From Mageeibacillus sp. UBA1255 (lineage in GTDB: Bacteria > Bacillota > Clostridia > UBA1212 > UBA1255): a stretch of DNA of 43,287 nt. Position numbers and translations under genes: made by a program. The notes beneath the pieces are model-generated. The model did no database searches, was not told where the DNA came from, and saw nothing but the letters and a program-made list of their open reading frames with translations. The stretch is taken from NCBI GenBank assembly GCA_002308795.1, contig DBVV01000072.1, forward strand, positions 818 through 44,104, written 5' to 3'. Each line of letters begins with the position of its first letter. Within the stretch, counting starts at the first letter, position 1. Below, piece by piece: positions 1 through 9,578 of the stretch.

Positions 1-438
1 AGGATGGACAGGGATATCATTTACCAGGGAGCTGTCACGACTCTGCTGGTGCTCACGGCGTACTTTGTCGGAGAATTCCTTGAGACCGGGCAGTGGCACA
101 TAGTAGCGAGCAACGACGGTATAACGATGGCGTTCCTGACGATGTCAATGGCGGAGATATTCCATTCTCTCAATATGCGTTCGCAGAGAAAATCGATCAT
201 CGGCATGGCTGTTAAGGGTAATCATAATAGATTCCTGATCTATTCCACGATCGGTTCGCTCCTGCTCACCACAGCAGTCATCTACGTGCCTTTCCTCAGA
301 GACGCGTTCGGATTCACATCCATCAGTTTCGCTGAATACTCGGTAGCGCTCGGTATAGCGTTCCTGATGATACCGATAGTTGAGATCGTAAAAGCTATCC
401 AGAGAAAACTGGCTAAACGCAGACAGGAAAAACAATAA
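1..438 (+). CDS. P-type cation ATPase, C-terminal fragment (gene begins upstream of the window)
   Basis: The frame is open from base 1. The translation shows the last transmembrane helices typical of Ca2+/cation P-type ATPase C-termini (AFLTMSMAEIFHSLNMRS, LLLTTAVIYVPFLRDAFGF) and a basic tail. Confidence 0.75.
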   Translation, partial: RMDRDIIYQGAVTTLLVLTAYFVGEFLETGQWHIVASNDGITMAFLTMSMAEIFHSLNMRSQRKSIIGMAVKGNHNRFLIYSTIGSLLLTTAVIYVPFLRDAFGFTSISFAEYSVALGIAFLMIPIVEIVKAIQRKLAKRRQEKQ

Positions 439-445
439 GCAAGAA

Positions 446-1048
446 ATGGAACCAAAGGGAAGTCCGAAAAAGCGATCGAAAATTTGGCTGCTAAGAGGCG
501 TTTTAACGCTGCTTTTAGTGAGCGTGGTAATTTTATGCTTCACGTCATGTACGGGCCGCTACGGGCCTCCTGCGCCTCCCACACAGGCGTTTGAGGGCAA
601 TATCTCACCGAAAGCATCTTTTTCCCTGAACGGCTCGACTACAACTGATGATCCTGCTGTCCTCGGGGACGGAAACAGAGCTACTTATATGCGGTTTACC
701 GGAGCAGGCGGACCGGCAGAAATAGTTATTGACCTCGGCGCGCTTTACCGCGTATGCAGACTGGATATTTACCCCGCATCCGACGGCACGTACACCGGAA
801 TGTATTTTCCGAAAACTATTGACGTTTTATGCTCCGCGGACGGGAAAAAATATGCATCCGCAGTATCGTATAAAAACGTTGAAGCGCCAGATTGCGTGCC
901 GGTGCTGGAATTTTCGCCCGTCGATGCGAGATACGTTAAACTCATAATAAACGATTATGACGTTCCGACGTATTCAACGGCATGGGTCGCAGAGATAGCT
1001 GAAATAGAGGTAATAAGCTTTTTCGGAGAGTACCCGTATCCGGTCTGA
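446..1048 (+). CDS. F5/8 type C (discoidin)-domain lipoprotein
   Basis: N-terminal basic stretch, hydrophobic helix and lipobox-like FTSC. The body resembles a discoidin/carbohydrate-binding domain (VLGDGNRATYMRF..., IDLGALYRVCRLDIY, ARYVKLIINDY). It starts 8 nt after the upstream stop. Confidence 0.6.
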   Translation: MEPKGSPKKRSKIWLLRGVLTLLLVSVVILCFTSCTGRYGPPAPPTQAFEGNISPKASFSLNGSTTTDDPAVLGDGNRATYMRFTGAGGPAEIVIDLGALYRVCRLDIYPASDGTYTGMYFPKTIDVLCSADGKKYASAVSYKNVEAPDCVPVLEFSPVDARYVKLIINDYDVPTYSTAWVAEIAEIEVISFFGEYPYPV

Positions 1049-1083
1049 GACCGTGTCGCGGCCAGGCGGCGCTTAACAAAAAC

Positions 1084-1110
1084 AAAAAAACCGGTCTTAA
1101 ACCGGTTTTA
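1084..1110. terminator. Bidirectional rho-independent terminator
   Basis: CCGGT-cttaa-ACCGG hairpin (1091..1105) flanked by an A-run on the left and a T-run on the right. It can terminate both the + strand CDS and the - strand tRNA. Confidence 0.7.
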
Positions 1111-1112
1111 AG

Positions 1113-1186
1113 TGGGGGCGAGGGGGCTCGAACCCATGACCTCTCGGATGTGAACCGAACGCTCTGACCAACTGAGCTACGTCCCC
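1113..1186 (-). tRNA. tRNA-Val (anticodon CAC)
   Basis: The reverse complement folds by hand into a 74-nt cloverleaf. The parts are acceptor GGGGACG, D arm GCTC/AGTTGGTCA/GAGC and anticodon stem TTCGG/CCGAG with loop TTCACAT. The T arm carries a TTCGAGC loop and the discriminator is A. No CCA is encoded. Two stem mismatches are present (see findings). Confidence 0.8.
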
Positions 1187-1249
1187 GAACGGATGGGATT
1201 CTACCACAGGCGTATAATAAAATCAAGAGGAAATATCGAGGGGAAAACT

Positions 1250-2788
1250 ATGAGCGAATCAGAAAAAAACGTAAATAACGAACAGACCGCACCTGCGCTT
1301 CCGGACCTTAACGGCTCAGTGACGCAGGAGGTTTTATGCGAAAACGGCGGCAGCTTCGCAGATATAACGATGTTTCCGGATTTTAAACTAAGCGGCTGCT
1401 TTTCGTCTCATATGGTGATACAGCGCAGGGCTTTCGCGAAAGTATACGGTTTTTCGCGCCATCCCGGGCTTAAAGTGAAAGGAATATGGACCGGAGCCGG
1501 AATATCAGAGTCTGAAACCTTCGTCGGAAACGACGGACGGTTCACGCTCGAATTTGCGCCGAGGGAGGCTGAAAAAGACCCTTCGTGCATGATCATCAGC
1601 TCCGCATACGGCAGCTACGTACTTAGCGATATACTTGTCGGCGACGTATGGATGATCGGCGGTCAATCAAACGCGGAATGTCATCTGGCACAATGCATGA
1701 GCGCCGAGCCTGAGATCCTTCCGGAAATTTCGGCGGATGATAATTTCAGGCTGTTCTTCCAGAGCCAGGCCAGGGCATTCGATTTCAGAGAAGACTGCGC
1801 TTACCCGCGCGATGAAATTATTGACCCGTCATGGCGCTGGACAAGGCCCGGAAAGTACGAGTCGCTTAATTTTTCTGCGATCGGCTACTATTTCGCAAAA
1901 GAACTTACACGCCATACCGACGTTCCTCTGGGCATGGTGATGATATGCGCCGGAGGAGCCTGCCTGCGCGAACTGATGCCGTACGGCCTTTCGGTAGAAA
2001 GAGGTTACACTGTAGGCGCAAATATGCCGGTGGGAGGTTATTACAACACTCTCATAAGCCCGTTCGCACGTTTTCCTTTCTACGGCCAGATCTTTTTCCA
2101 GGGCGAAAGCGAAGGCATCTGGAAAGAAATGGCGTACTCTTACGATGCCGATCTGGCAGCGCTCGTAGAGGACGAACGAAATACGTTTAAGATAGATTTT
2201 CCGTTCTACAACGTACAGCTCAGTTCGTACAGAGAAGAAGGAAAACAATACTTCCCGCACCTGCACGTTGTCCGCATAAGACAGTTTGACGCCGTTTCGG
2301 AGATAAAAGACAGCCACCTTGCCGTATCGATGGACCTAGGCTCGCTTCCTTCAGACAGTGATTTTGCACATTCACCGCACAAAGCCGAGCTTGGGCGCAG
2401 GCTTGCGCTTCAGGCATTTGCATACGAGTATGACGGGGAAAAAGCTATGGAAGATCCTGCAGAATACGAATCTCCCGCGCCGGTATCAGTTGAAAAGGCC
2501 GAAGGCGGTTTTCTGATCAAATTCAAAAATACCGGAAAAGGGCTGAAAACACGTCCCGGGACCGGCAGCGTACCCGCCGGATTCGGTTTCGTACTTAAAG
2601 GAGAGGAAGAAATGCGAAATGCCAAAGCAGAATTCATTTCTCCCGATACGGTGTTTGTGAGCGCTTTTGAGAGCGATGGCGAGATCTCACACGTATGCTA
2701 TGCGTTTTTCCACCTCGCGTATCCGGAGAACGCAAACGTGGTTAATTCATTCGGCCTTCCGCTTCCTGCTTTCAGGCTGAGCGTTTGA
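1250..2788 (+). CDS. Sialate O-acetylesterase-like (SASA-type) carbohydrate esterase
   Basis: VGDVWMIGGQSNAE motif characteristic of SASA/9-O-acetylesterase-type SGNH-like esterases. I chose the ATG at 1250 (GAGGGG SD 8 nt upstream) rather than the ORF-track start at 1193, which abuts the tRNA. Confidence 0.65.
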   Translation: MSESEKNVNNEQTAPALPDLNGSVTQEVLCENGGSFADITMFPDFKLSGCFSSHMVIQRRAFAKVYGFSRHPGLKVKGIWTGAGISESETFVGNDGRFTLEFAPREAEKDPSCMIISSAYGSYVLSDILVGDVWMIGGQSNAECHLAQCMSAEPEILPEISADDNFRLFFQSQARAFDFREDCAYPRDEIIDPSWRWTRPGKYESLNFSAIGYYFAKELTRHTDVPLGMVMICAGGACLRELMPYGLSVERGYTVGANMPVGGYYNTLISPFARFPFYGQIFFQGESEGIWKEMAYSYDADLAALVEDERNTFKIDFPFYNVQLSSYREEGKQYFPHLHVVRIRQFDAVSEIKDSHLAVSMDLGSLPSDSDFAHSPHKAELGRRLALQAFAYEYDGEKAMEDPAEYESPAPVSVEKAEGGFLIKFKNTGKGLKTRPGTGSVPAGFGFVLKGEEEMRNAKAEFISPDTVFVSAFESDGEISHVCYAFFHLAYPENANVVNSFGLPLPAFRLSV

Positions 2789-2821
2789 CGTACCTTCGCC
2801 GCGACCGGCGGCGGTGTTTAT

Positions 2822-4228
2822 ATGCTGAAACGATCTGATATCAATATGACAGAGGGTCCGCTGCTGAAAAACGTGATCCTCTATACGCTTCCGATAATAT
2901 TTACCGGCATACTGCAGCTGCTGTTCAACGCGGCGGATCTGGTGGTAGTAGGCCGGTTCAGGGGAAGCGTATGCGTTGCCGCCGTCGGAAGCACCGGAGC
3001 GCTGATCAATCTCATAATTAATATGTTCATAGGCCTCTCCGTCGGAGCAGGCGTCACGGTCGCGCAGGCGAAAGGCGCAGGAGACGGAAAAGAAATGCAT
3101 AAAGCCGTCCATACCGCGATATTGACCGCCCTCATAGGAGGCGTCATCCTCACGGGGATCGGGATAGCGTTCGCCGGAAATCTTCTGGAAATGATGGACA
3201 CGCCCGACGACGTACTGCCGCTTTCAACGAAATATATGCGAATATACTTCGCCGGAATGCTGTCGTCAATGGTCTATAATTACGGCGCGGCTATCCTGAG
3301 GGCGCTGGGCGATACGCGCGGACCGCTAATGTTTCTCACTATTGCAGGGATAATAAACGTCGTGCTGAATCTGCTGTTCGTGCTGGCAATGGGCATGGAC
3401 GTTGACGGCGTGGCGTGGGCAACGGTCATATCTCAGACTATCGCAGCGCTGCTCGTACTTATGTCGTTGTCCCGCAGGGACGATTCGGCAAAATTCAAGA
3501 TCCACAAGCTTCGCATATACAAAGGATCTCTGGTAAAGATACTGAAGATCGGTCTTCCCGCCGGATTTCAGAGCGTGATGTTCAACATATCCAACGTATT
3601 CATCCAGACGTCTGTCAATTCTTTCAACTCTGTGGCGATCTCTTCCGGGAACTCCGCCGCTGCGAATATCGAAGGCTTCGTATACGTTTCGATGAATGCC
3701 TTCCACCAGACGGCTCTTAATTTCGCAGGCCAGAATATGGGTGCCGGAAACAAGAAGCGCGTTAAAAAGATAATGCTGTGCTGCCTTTGCTGCGTAGGAA
3801 TATTCGGGCTGCTGCTCGGCGTACTCGGGTACGTATTCGGGCGGCCGCTCCTGTCGATATACATCGTTGACTCCGAAGAAGCGATCGGTTACGGTATGAT
3901 CAGGCTCGCGTTCATATGCCTGCCGTACTTCCTGTGCGGACTGATGGACGTTGCCACAGGCGCGATAAGGGGAATGGGATCTTCCTTCACTCCGATGGTC
4001 ATCACCGTCGTGGGAGTTTGCGTGATGAGGATAGTATGGATACTGACCGTCTTTTCGATACCGGAATTCCACACGCTTGAGATCCTTTATATGTCATACA
4101 TAATATCGTGGACGATCTCTTTCGCCGCGCAGATGATAGCGTTCTCGATATTGTATAAACGGCTTGAAAATGTTTCCGGAACGGACGATAATATAGGCAA
4201 CGAATCAAATGCGGAGGTACCGACATGA
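2822..4228 (+). CDS. MATE family efflux transporter
   Basis: 12-TM polytopic protein with a typical MATE N-terminus (GPLLKNVILYTLPIIFTGILQLLFNAADLVVVGRF) and an internal duplication. Confidence 0.85.
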   Translation: MLKRSDINMTEGPLLKNVILYTLPIIFTGILQLLFNAADLVVVGRFRGSVCVAAVGSTGALINLIINMFIGLSVGAGVTVAQAKGAGDGKEMHKAVHTAILTALIGGVILTGIGIAFAGNLLEMMDTPDDVLPLSTKYMRIYFAGMLSSMVYNYGAAILRALGDTRGPLMFLTIAGIINVVLNLLFVLAMGMDVDGVAWATVISQTIAALLVLMSLSRRDDSAKFKIHKLRIYKGSLVKILKIGLPAGFQSVMFNISNVFIQTSVNSFNSVAISSGNSAAANIEGFVYVSMNAFHQTALNFAGQNMGAGNKKRVKKIMLCCLCCVGIFGLLLGVLGYVFGRPLLSIYIVDSEEAIGYGMIRLAFICLPYFLCGLMDVATGAIRGMGSSFTPMVITVVGVCVMRIVWILTVFSIPEFHTLEILYMSYIISWTISFAAQMIAFSILYKRLENVSGTDDNIGNESNAEVPT

Positions 4229-6234
4229 AAAAAATCAGATATATGATCCCTGTGCTAGCGCTTGCTTTTATGGCTGCTCTGCCGGTCGTGATGAGTTCTT
4301 GCGCACGCAGAAACACTCCTTCCCTTATAAAGATGCTTGAAGAGCCGTCAACTTTTCCCGTCTCTTTTAAATACGGGCGGCACAGGTATCACGGCTTCGG
4401 CGACGGGTTTGAGAAAAAATCATATACTGTTACGGACGGCGTTAACGGAAAAGACGTTAACGCGCAGTTTCTCCATACCGAAAGCGGCGTGATATTCACA
4501 GTTGAGGGCAAGGTCTATTCTGATTACGATGCGTGCGAGTGGACGGTCTGGCTCGAAAATCCGGGCAATGCGGCTACTGATAATTTTACCGAATTATACG
4601 CGCTTGACTGGGAGGCAAAAGGGAAGGACCCCGTACTTAAAGGTATGAACGGCGATCTGGGCGACATGTACGCTCCGTACTCATATAAGCTGACAAATAA
4701 TTTCGTAGAAAAAGGGACCGACACAGGGCGCCCGACCCACGTCGATTTTCCGTATTTCAATCTTGAATACGGAAACGGAGGAACGTTCATTGCCGTCGGA
4801 TGGCCGGGAAGCTGGAAGGCATCGTTCAAAGGAGAGGGTAACGGTAAAACTCACGTGACGGCGGGACAGAACCACGTCGATATGTTCCTTGACCCCGGCG
4901 ATAAGATCAGGACTCCGCTCATCGTCATGGTCGGATACAACGGCCGCGACGAGGCAAAAAACATGAACCTCTGGAGACACTGGTTCATCGACTGCAATAT
5001 GAGGCATCCGGACGGAAAGCGGTTTGATCCTGTATTCTGTGCTTCTTCCGGAGCATCCGGGATGACAACGAACCAGTTAAAAAAACTGATAAATACGTAC
5101 AGTGAAAACGGCCTGAAGCTCGATTATCTCTGGATCGACGCAGGCTGGTATCTGAACGCGAAGGGGCAGCCCTGCTCCTGGCCGGAGACCGGAACGCTCG
5201 ACGTGGATACCTCGCGCTTCCCGGACAGATTTTCGGAAGTGTCGCAGCTGATGCACGAAAAAGGCGGAAAGGTGATGCTCTGGTTCGAGGCCGAGGTAAT
5301 GCGCTGCAATAAAGACGATTTCGTTGAGAATATGCCCGGCTTTAAAAAGGAGTGGTTCCTCGGCACCGCCGCGGCAGGTTCGTGGCTTGAAGGACAGCTC
5401 TTCGATCTCGGAAATCCCGACTGCTTGGAGTGGCTGCTCGGACGCATCTACAAGGTGATCGATGACGGAAATATAGATATGTTCCGTTCGGATTTCAACG
5501 TTAATCCAGGCCCGGTATGGCGGACTGCCGATGACTTCTTCAAAGAAGGATTCAAAGAGAATCTTTACGTTCAGGGATATCTCAAGATGTGGGATTCTAT
5601 CCTTGAGAGGTACCCGTCGATGATGATCGATTCCTGCGCTTCGGGCGGAGGGAGGAACGATATCGAGACTATGCGCAGAAGTGTGCCGCTTCACATAAGC
5701 GATTTCTGGGACGGCAATGACGACGGTTTTAACGAGCGTCAGACGTGTGTGCTGGAGTTCTCGCGCTGGATACCGTATTTCAAGCTTGAAGTTCATTCCA
5801 CCGCTCCGGCGACAATGTACAATTACCGGTCGTCAATGGCTCCCTGGTTCATCCTGAGCGTCGATTACACGAATAATAATTCCGACTGGACGAACGCGAA
5901 ACAGGCCGAAACGGAGTGGCGCCAGCTCTCGAAGTATTATTATTCGGATTTCTATCCGCTTACCGAATTCAGCAAATCTCCCGATGCATGGAGGGCGTGG
6001 CAGTATTACGATCCTGAGACGTCGAGCGGTGCCGTCCAGCTGTTCAGAGGTCCTGAGTCGGAAGTCTCCGAAATGACTTTGAAACTCCGCTGCCTGAAAT
6101 CAGGAAGCTACAGAGTCTGGAATGCGGAAGGTACTTTCGACGTCACCGTCAGCGCATCTGCACTGAAGTCCGGGTATAAATTCACACTGCCTGAAAAAGA
6201 ATCCTCCGATATAATATTCTACGAACACAAATAA
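4225..6234 (+). CDS. GH36-like alpha-galactosidase family glycoside hydrolase, predicted lipoprotein
   Basis: Signal peptide plus lipobox (VVMSSC). Melibiase/GH36-like motifs are present: DYLWIDAGWY, FRSDFN and IDSCASGGGRNDIE. The start overlaps the MATE stop (ATGA). Confidence 0.6.
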   Translation: MKKIRYMIPVLALAFMAALPVVMSSCARRNTPSLIKMLEEPSTFPVSFKYGRHRYHGFGDGFEKKSYTVTDGVNGKDVNAQFLHTESGVIFTVEGKVYSDYDACEWTVWLENPGNAATDNFTELYALDWEAKGKDPVLKGMNGDLGDMYAPYSYKLTNNFVEKGTDTGRPTHVDFPYFNLEYGNGGTFIAVGWPGSWKASFKGEGNGKTHVTAGQNHVDMFLDPGDKIRTPLIVMVGYNGRDEAKNMNLWRHWFIDCNMRHPDGKRFDPVFCASSGASGMTTNQLKKLINTYSENGLKLDYLWIDAGWYLNAKGQPCSWPETGTLDVDTSRFPDRFSEVSQLMHEKGGKVMLWFEAEVMRCNKDDFVENMPGFKKEWFLGTAAAGSWLEGQLFDLGNPDCLEWLLGRIYKVIDDGNIDMFRSDFNVNPGPVWRTADDFFKEGFKENLYVQGYLKMWDSILERYPSMMIDSCASGGGRNDIETMRRSVPLHISDFWDGNDDGFNERQTCVLEFSRWIPYFKLEVHSTAPATMYNYRSSMAPWFILSVDYTNNNSDWTNAKQAETEWRQLSKYYYSDFYPLTEFSKSPDAWRAWQYYDPETSSGAVQLFRGPESEVSEMTLKLRCLKSGSYRVWNAEGTFDVTVSASALKSGYKFTLPEKESSDIIFYEHK

Positions 6235-6265
6235 AACACTCTTAAATAACGGAAGCGACCGGATC

Positions 6266-7213
6266 ATGATAGCGTTCTATATTCTCATCTCGGTAATCCT
6301 ACTGCTCCTGCTCGCGGTGCTGTCAGTATCGCTGTGGATATATTTTATTGCCTTCTACAACAAAAAAGACAGGGACGTATCGAGAGAAGTACTCAGGGGA
6401 CCTGATTACGACGAATTCCACGACGAGATGGTCGACATTATTGACCGCGCGATGAAGATACCGTTCGAAGAAGTCCGGATCAGGTCATACGACGGACTGT
6501 CGCTGTACGGAAGGGTGTATTTTCAGAAAGAAGGCGCGCCTTTTCATATACAGTTTAACGGCTATAAGGGCAACGGCATCAGGGATTTCAGCGGCGGATT
6601 GCAGCTCGCACTCGCATCAGGAGGGAACGTGCTGCTCGTTGACCAGAGATCACACGGAAGATCTGACGGGCATACGATATGCTTCGGGGTGAAAGAGCGG
6701 TTCGACGTAAAAAGCTGGACGGAATATGTTATTGACCGCTTCGGCCGTGATACGATCGTTTTTATCGAGGGCGTGTCAATGGGCGCGGCGACCGTGCTTA
6801 TGGCGTCCGATACCGGCCTTCCCGGCAGCGTCCGCGGGATAGTCGCCGATTGTCCGTATTCGTCTCCGTTCGGTATCATCTATGAGGTCGGAAAGAAAAC
6901 GGTCAGATCAGCGCGCCTGATGAAGCCTTTTATATTTGTTTCCGCACTGATATTCGGTCACTTCAACATTTTCAAAAGCAGCGCGGAAAACGCCGTTAAA
7001 AACACTGAAATACCGGTCCTGCTTATACACGGTACCGGGGACCATTTCGTGCCTTATCATATGAGTGAGGCGATATATGCTGCAAATCCCGAAATGATCA
7101 CTTTCGTGAGTGTCGAAGGGGCGCCTCACGGGCTGTCGTGTCTTAAAGATCATAAGAAATACGAAAATGCCGTCAATTCTTTCTGGAATTCCTGCGCAGG
7201 CGTGCAGAGGTGA
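6266..7213 (+). CDS. Membrane-anchored alpha/beta hydrolase
   Basis: N-terminal TM helix, GVSMGA nucleophile elbow (GxSxG) and a late HG.GD/H region typical of the alpha/beta-fold serine hydrolases. Confidence 0.7.
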   Translation: MIAFYILISVILLLLLAVLSVSLWIYFIAFYNKKDRDVSREVLRGPDYDEFHDEMVDIIDRAMKIPFEEVRIRSYDGLSLYGRVYFQKEGAPFHIQFNGYKGNGIRDFSGGLQLALASGGNVLLVDQRSHGRSDGHTICFGVKERFDVKSWTEYVIDRFGRDTIVFIEGVSMGAATVLMASDTGLPGSVRGIVADCPYSSPFGIIYEVGKKTVRSARLMKPFIFVSALIFGHFNIFKSSAENAVKNTEIPVLLIHGTGDHFVPYHMSEAIYAANPEMITFVSVEGAPHGLSCLKDHKKYENAVNSFWNSCAGVQR

Positions 7214-9578
7214 TAAATCTGACGCTGAATATGACTGTCGCGGAGACCAGTACTATACCTGCTAATATCCATATCTGACCGGAACTGATGGGAGTCAGGA
7301 AGAATATTCTGCCGAAGAATGATAACGCAACGGCGAACAGAACACACATTGACGTGAAAACTGCAAGGCGCAGTTTCGTGAACGGGAGGCATACGTTCAG
7401 GAGCATCAAGAGGCCGATAAAACCGGCGGCAACGGTCGCGAGCGTGGAACACGATTCCTGAGACCAGAACGAACTGAGCATCGTTGACAACGCCGCCGCA
7501 GCCGTTACGCAGATACCGCCGGGAAGCGCGCGTGAAATAACGGTTTTAAGGAAATTGCCCTCGACCCTGACCGAATTCGGCTCCAGCGCCAGGAAAAACG
7601 ACGGAATGCCGATCGTAAACGCTGAAATAAGCGTTAACTGGATGGGCTGGAACGGGTAAGGCGCAGGCAGGAAAAGCATTAGCATGCTGAGCAGGAACGA
7701 ATAGATCGTCTTAACAAGGAAAAGAGAGGCGGTCCGGTTTATATTGTTGATCACCCTGCGTCCCTCTGAAACGACCTCGGGCAGGGAAATAAAATTGTTG
7801 TCAAGCAGTATCAGCTGTGCTGAGTGTCTTGCAGCGTCTGCGCCTCCCGCCATCGCGATCGAACAGTCGGCCGTTTTCATTGCGGGGATATCATTAACAC
7901 CGTCGCCCGTCATTGCAACGTTCCGGCCGTTTTCTTTCATTGCCGCGATCAGTTTCTGCTTGCGCTCCGGCGTAACGCGGCCGAAAACTCTGTACTTTTC
8001 CGCCGCTTCCTGCAGTTCGTCTTCGCTCAGCTGCGATACGTCTACGGCACTTTCCGAGCTTCCTTTAAGCCCTGCGGCTTCAGCAATGAACGACACCGTT
8101 TTGGGATCGTCGCCGGAAATAACTTTTATATCCACGTCCTGCTGCCTGAAGTATTCAAGGCATTCGGGCGCTTCCTTTCTGAGCTCATCTTCGATTATGA
8201 TCAGTCCGGGGATCTTTTCGACCGGCGGGATCTCGCCGTTCTCGATAGGTTTTCCGCTCTTAGCGACGCACAGCACGCGGTATCCTTTCGCGGCGTTTTC
8301 TTCGGCAATTTCTCTGATCCTGCCCGAGTAAAGGTTTCCGAGAGTGAATGAAGGGGCTCCGACGGTTACGGTCGTACCGTCGTTAAAAGATACGGCGGCG
8401 TTTTTGCGTGAGGATGAGAACGGGAGGATGACTGCCGGTACAGACGGTGCGGGTGCCACTGCGCGGGCAACGGCGGAGATGGTGGGGGAGGAATTGTCAA
8501 CGCACCCAACGAAACGGGATATCGTCTGTCTGAGTTCTTCTTCGCTTTCGTCGATAGGGATCAGCGTCCGGAGAGACATTGACCCCGTGGTCAGCGTACC
8601 CGTTTTGTCGAGGCACAGCGTATCGATCCTTGCGAGCGTTTCGATACCGTAAAGCTCCTGAACGAGCGTGTTTCTAAGACCTAATTTTACAACGCCCACG
8701 GCTAAAGCGATCGAAGCGAGAAGCATAAGTCCTTCGGGGATCATACCGATCATTGCCGCCACAGTCGAAGGAATCGAATCCTCGAGCGGGAAATGCAGCA
8801 TGAAATACTGCTTGCAGAACAGCAGTATCCCGATCGGGATGAGCATGATGCTGACGAGCCTGACTATCCTTCTGAGGTCGGTCATAAGTGCGGACTTCGG
8901 AGGAACGATCTTTTTAGCGCTCTTGCTGAGCCTGTTGATATAGCTGTTATCGCCTACGTATACCAGCTGGCAGCTGCATTCTCCTGCCGTGAGGAAACTG
9001 CCTGAATAAAGCCAGTCGCCTTCTTTTTTATCTACCGCGTCCTGTTCGCCGGTCAGCAGTGATTCGCTGGCGGAACAGACTCCGGAGCGCATTATGGCGT
9101 CTGCCGGGACCTGATCACCGGCTTTGAGGATTATGATGTCTCCTTTTACGGCTCCGGCTGCGGGAAGCTCGACGGTTTCTCCGTCTCGTTTTATTTTTAT
9201 GGGCGATTCGCTCAGCAGTTTAAGCTTCTGTACAGTTTTGCGCGCTCTTAGTTCCTGGATCGTACCGATAAGCGTGTTGCTGATAACGATACCCATAAAG
9301 AGCATGTTCCTGTACGCTCCTACGATCACGAGAGCAAGCGCCAGAAGCACGTTCAGAAGGTTAAACAGCGTAAAAAGGTTTCCGGAAATGATCTTCAGTA
9401 CGGATTTACCGGGATCGACCGTGGCAGCGTTTCCGAGACCCTGTTCCATCGCTTCGTCTGCTTCGGCGGAGGTAAGACCTGACGCGCGCGTGTAAGCGAG
9501 CCCTTCCGGAATACCGGTCGGCAGAGTAAGCGACTCTTCTTTATTTTTGTTTTTCTGCTTGCTATTGATCAGTTTCAT
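7173..9578 (-). CDS. Cation-translocating P-type ATPase (HAD-IC family)
   Basis: DKTGTLT phosphorylation motif, TGDGVNDIPAMK hinge motif, TGE-type actuator region (LLTGEQ) and about 10 TM segments. Confidence 0.9.
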   Translation of the reverse strand: MKLINSKQKNKNKEESLTLPTGIPEGLAYTRASGLTSAEADEAMEQGLGNAATVDPGKSVLKIISGNLFTLFNLLNVLLALALVIVGAYRNMLFMGIVISNTLIGTIQELRARKTVQKLKLLSESPIKIKRDGETVELPAAGAVKGDIIILKAGDQVPADAIMRSGVCSASESLLTGEQDAVDKKEGDWLYSGSFLTAGECSCQLVYVGDNSYINRLSKSAKKIVPPKSALMTDLRRIVRLVSIMLIPIGILLFCKQYFMLHFPLEDSIPSTVAAMIGMIPEGLMLLASIALAVGVVKLGLRNTLVQELYGIETLARIDTLCLDKTGTLTTGSMSLRTLIPIDESEEELRQTISRFVGCVDNSSPTISAVARAVAPAPSVPAVILPFSSSRKNAAVSFNDGTTVTVGAPSFTLGNLYSGRIREIAEENAAKGYRVLCVAKSGKPIENGEIPPVEKIPGLIIIEDELRKEAPECLEYFRQQDVDIKVISGDDPKTVSFIAEAAGLKGSSESAVDVSQLSEDELQEAAEKYRVFGRVTPERKQKLIAAMKENGRNVAMTGDGVNDIPAMKTADCSIAMAGGADAARHSAQLILLDNNFISLPEVVSEGRRVINNINRTASLFLVKTIYSFLLSMLMLFLPAPYPFQPIQLTLISAFTIGIPSFFLALEPNSVRVEGNFLKTVISRALPGGICVTAAAALSTMLSSFWSQESCSTLATVAAGFIGLLMLLNVCLPFTKLRLAVFTSMCVLFAVALSFFGRIFFLTPISSGQIWILAGIVLVSATVIFSVRFITSARLRRNSRKN

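Noticed and set aside
1193-1249. N-terminal extensions suggested by the ORF track. They occur here and at 10475..10534, 13554..13646, 20856..20885, 24329..24361, 25279..25359, 32148..32156, 34652..34723, 35605..35631 and 39833..39841.
   Set aside because: In each case an internal start with a proper Shine-Dalgarno sequence and/or the conserved family N-terminus is more plausible. Several of the extensions would overlap the upstream gene, the tRNA or the SD itself.
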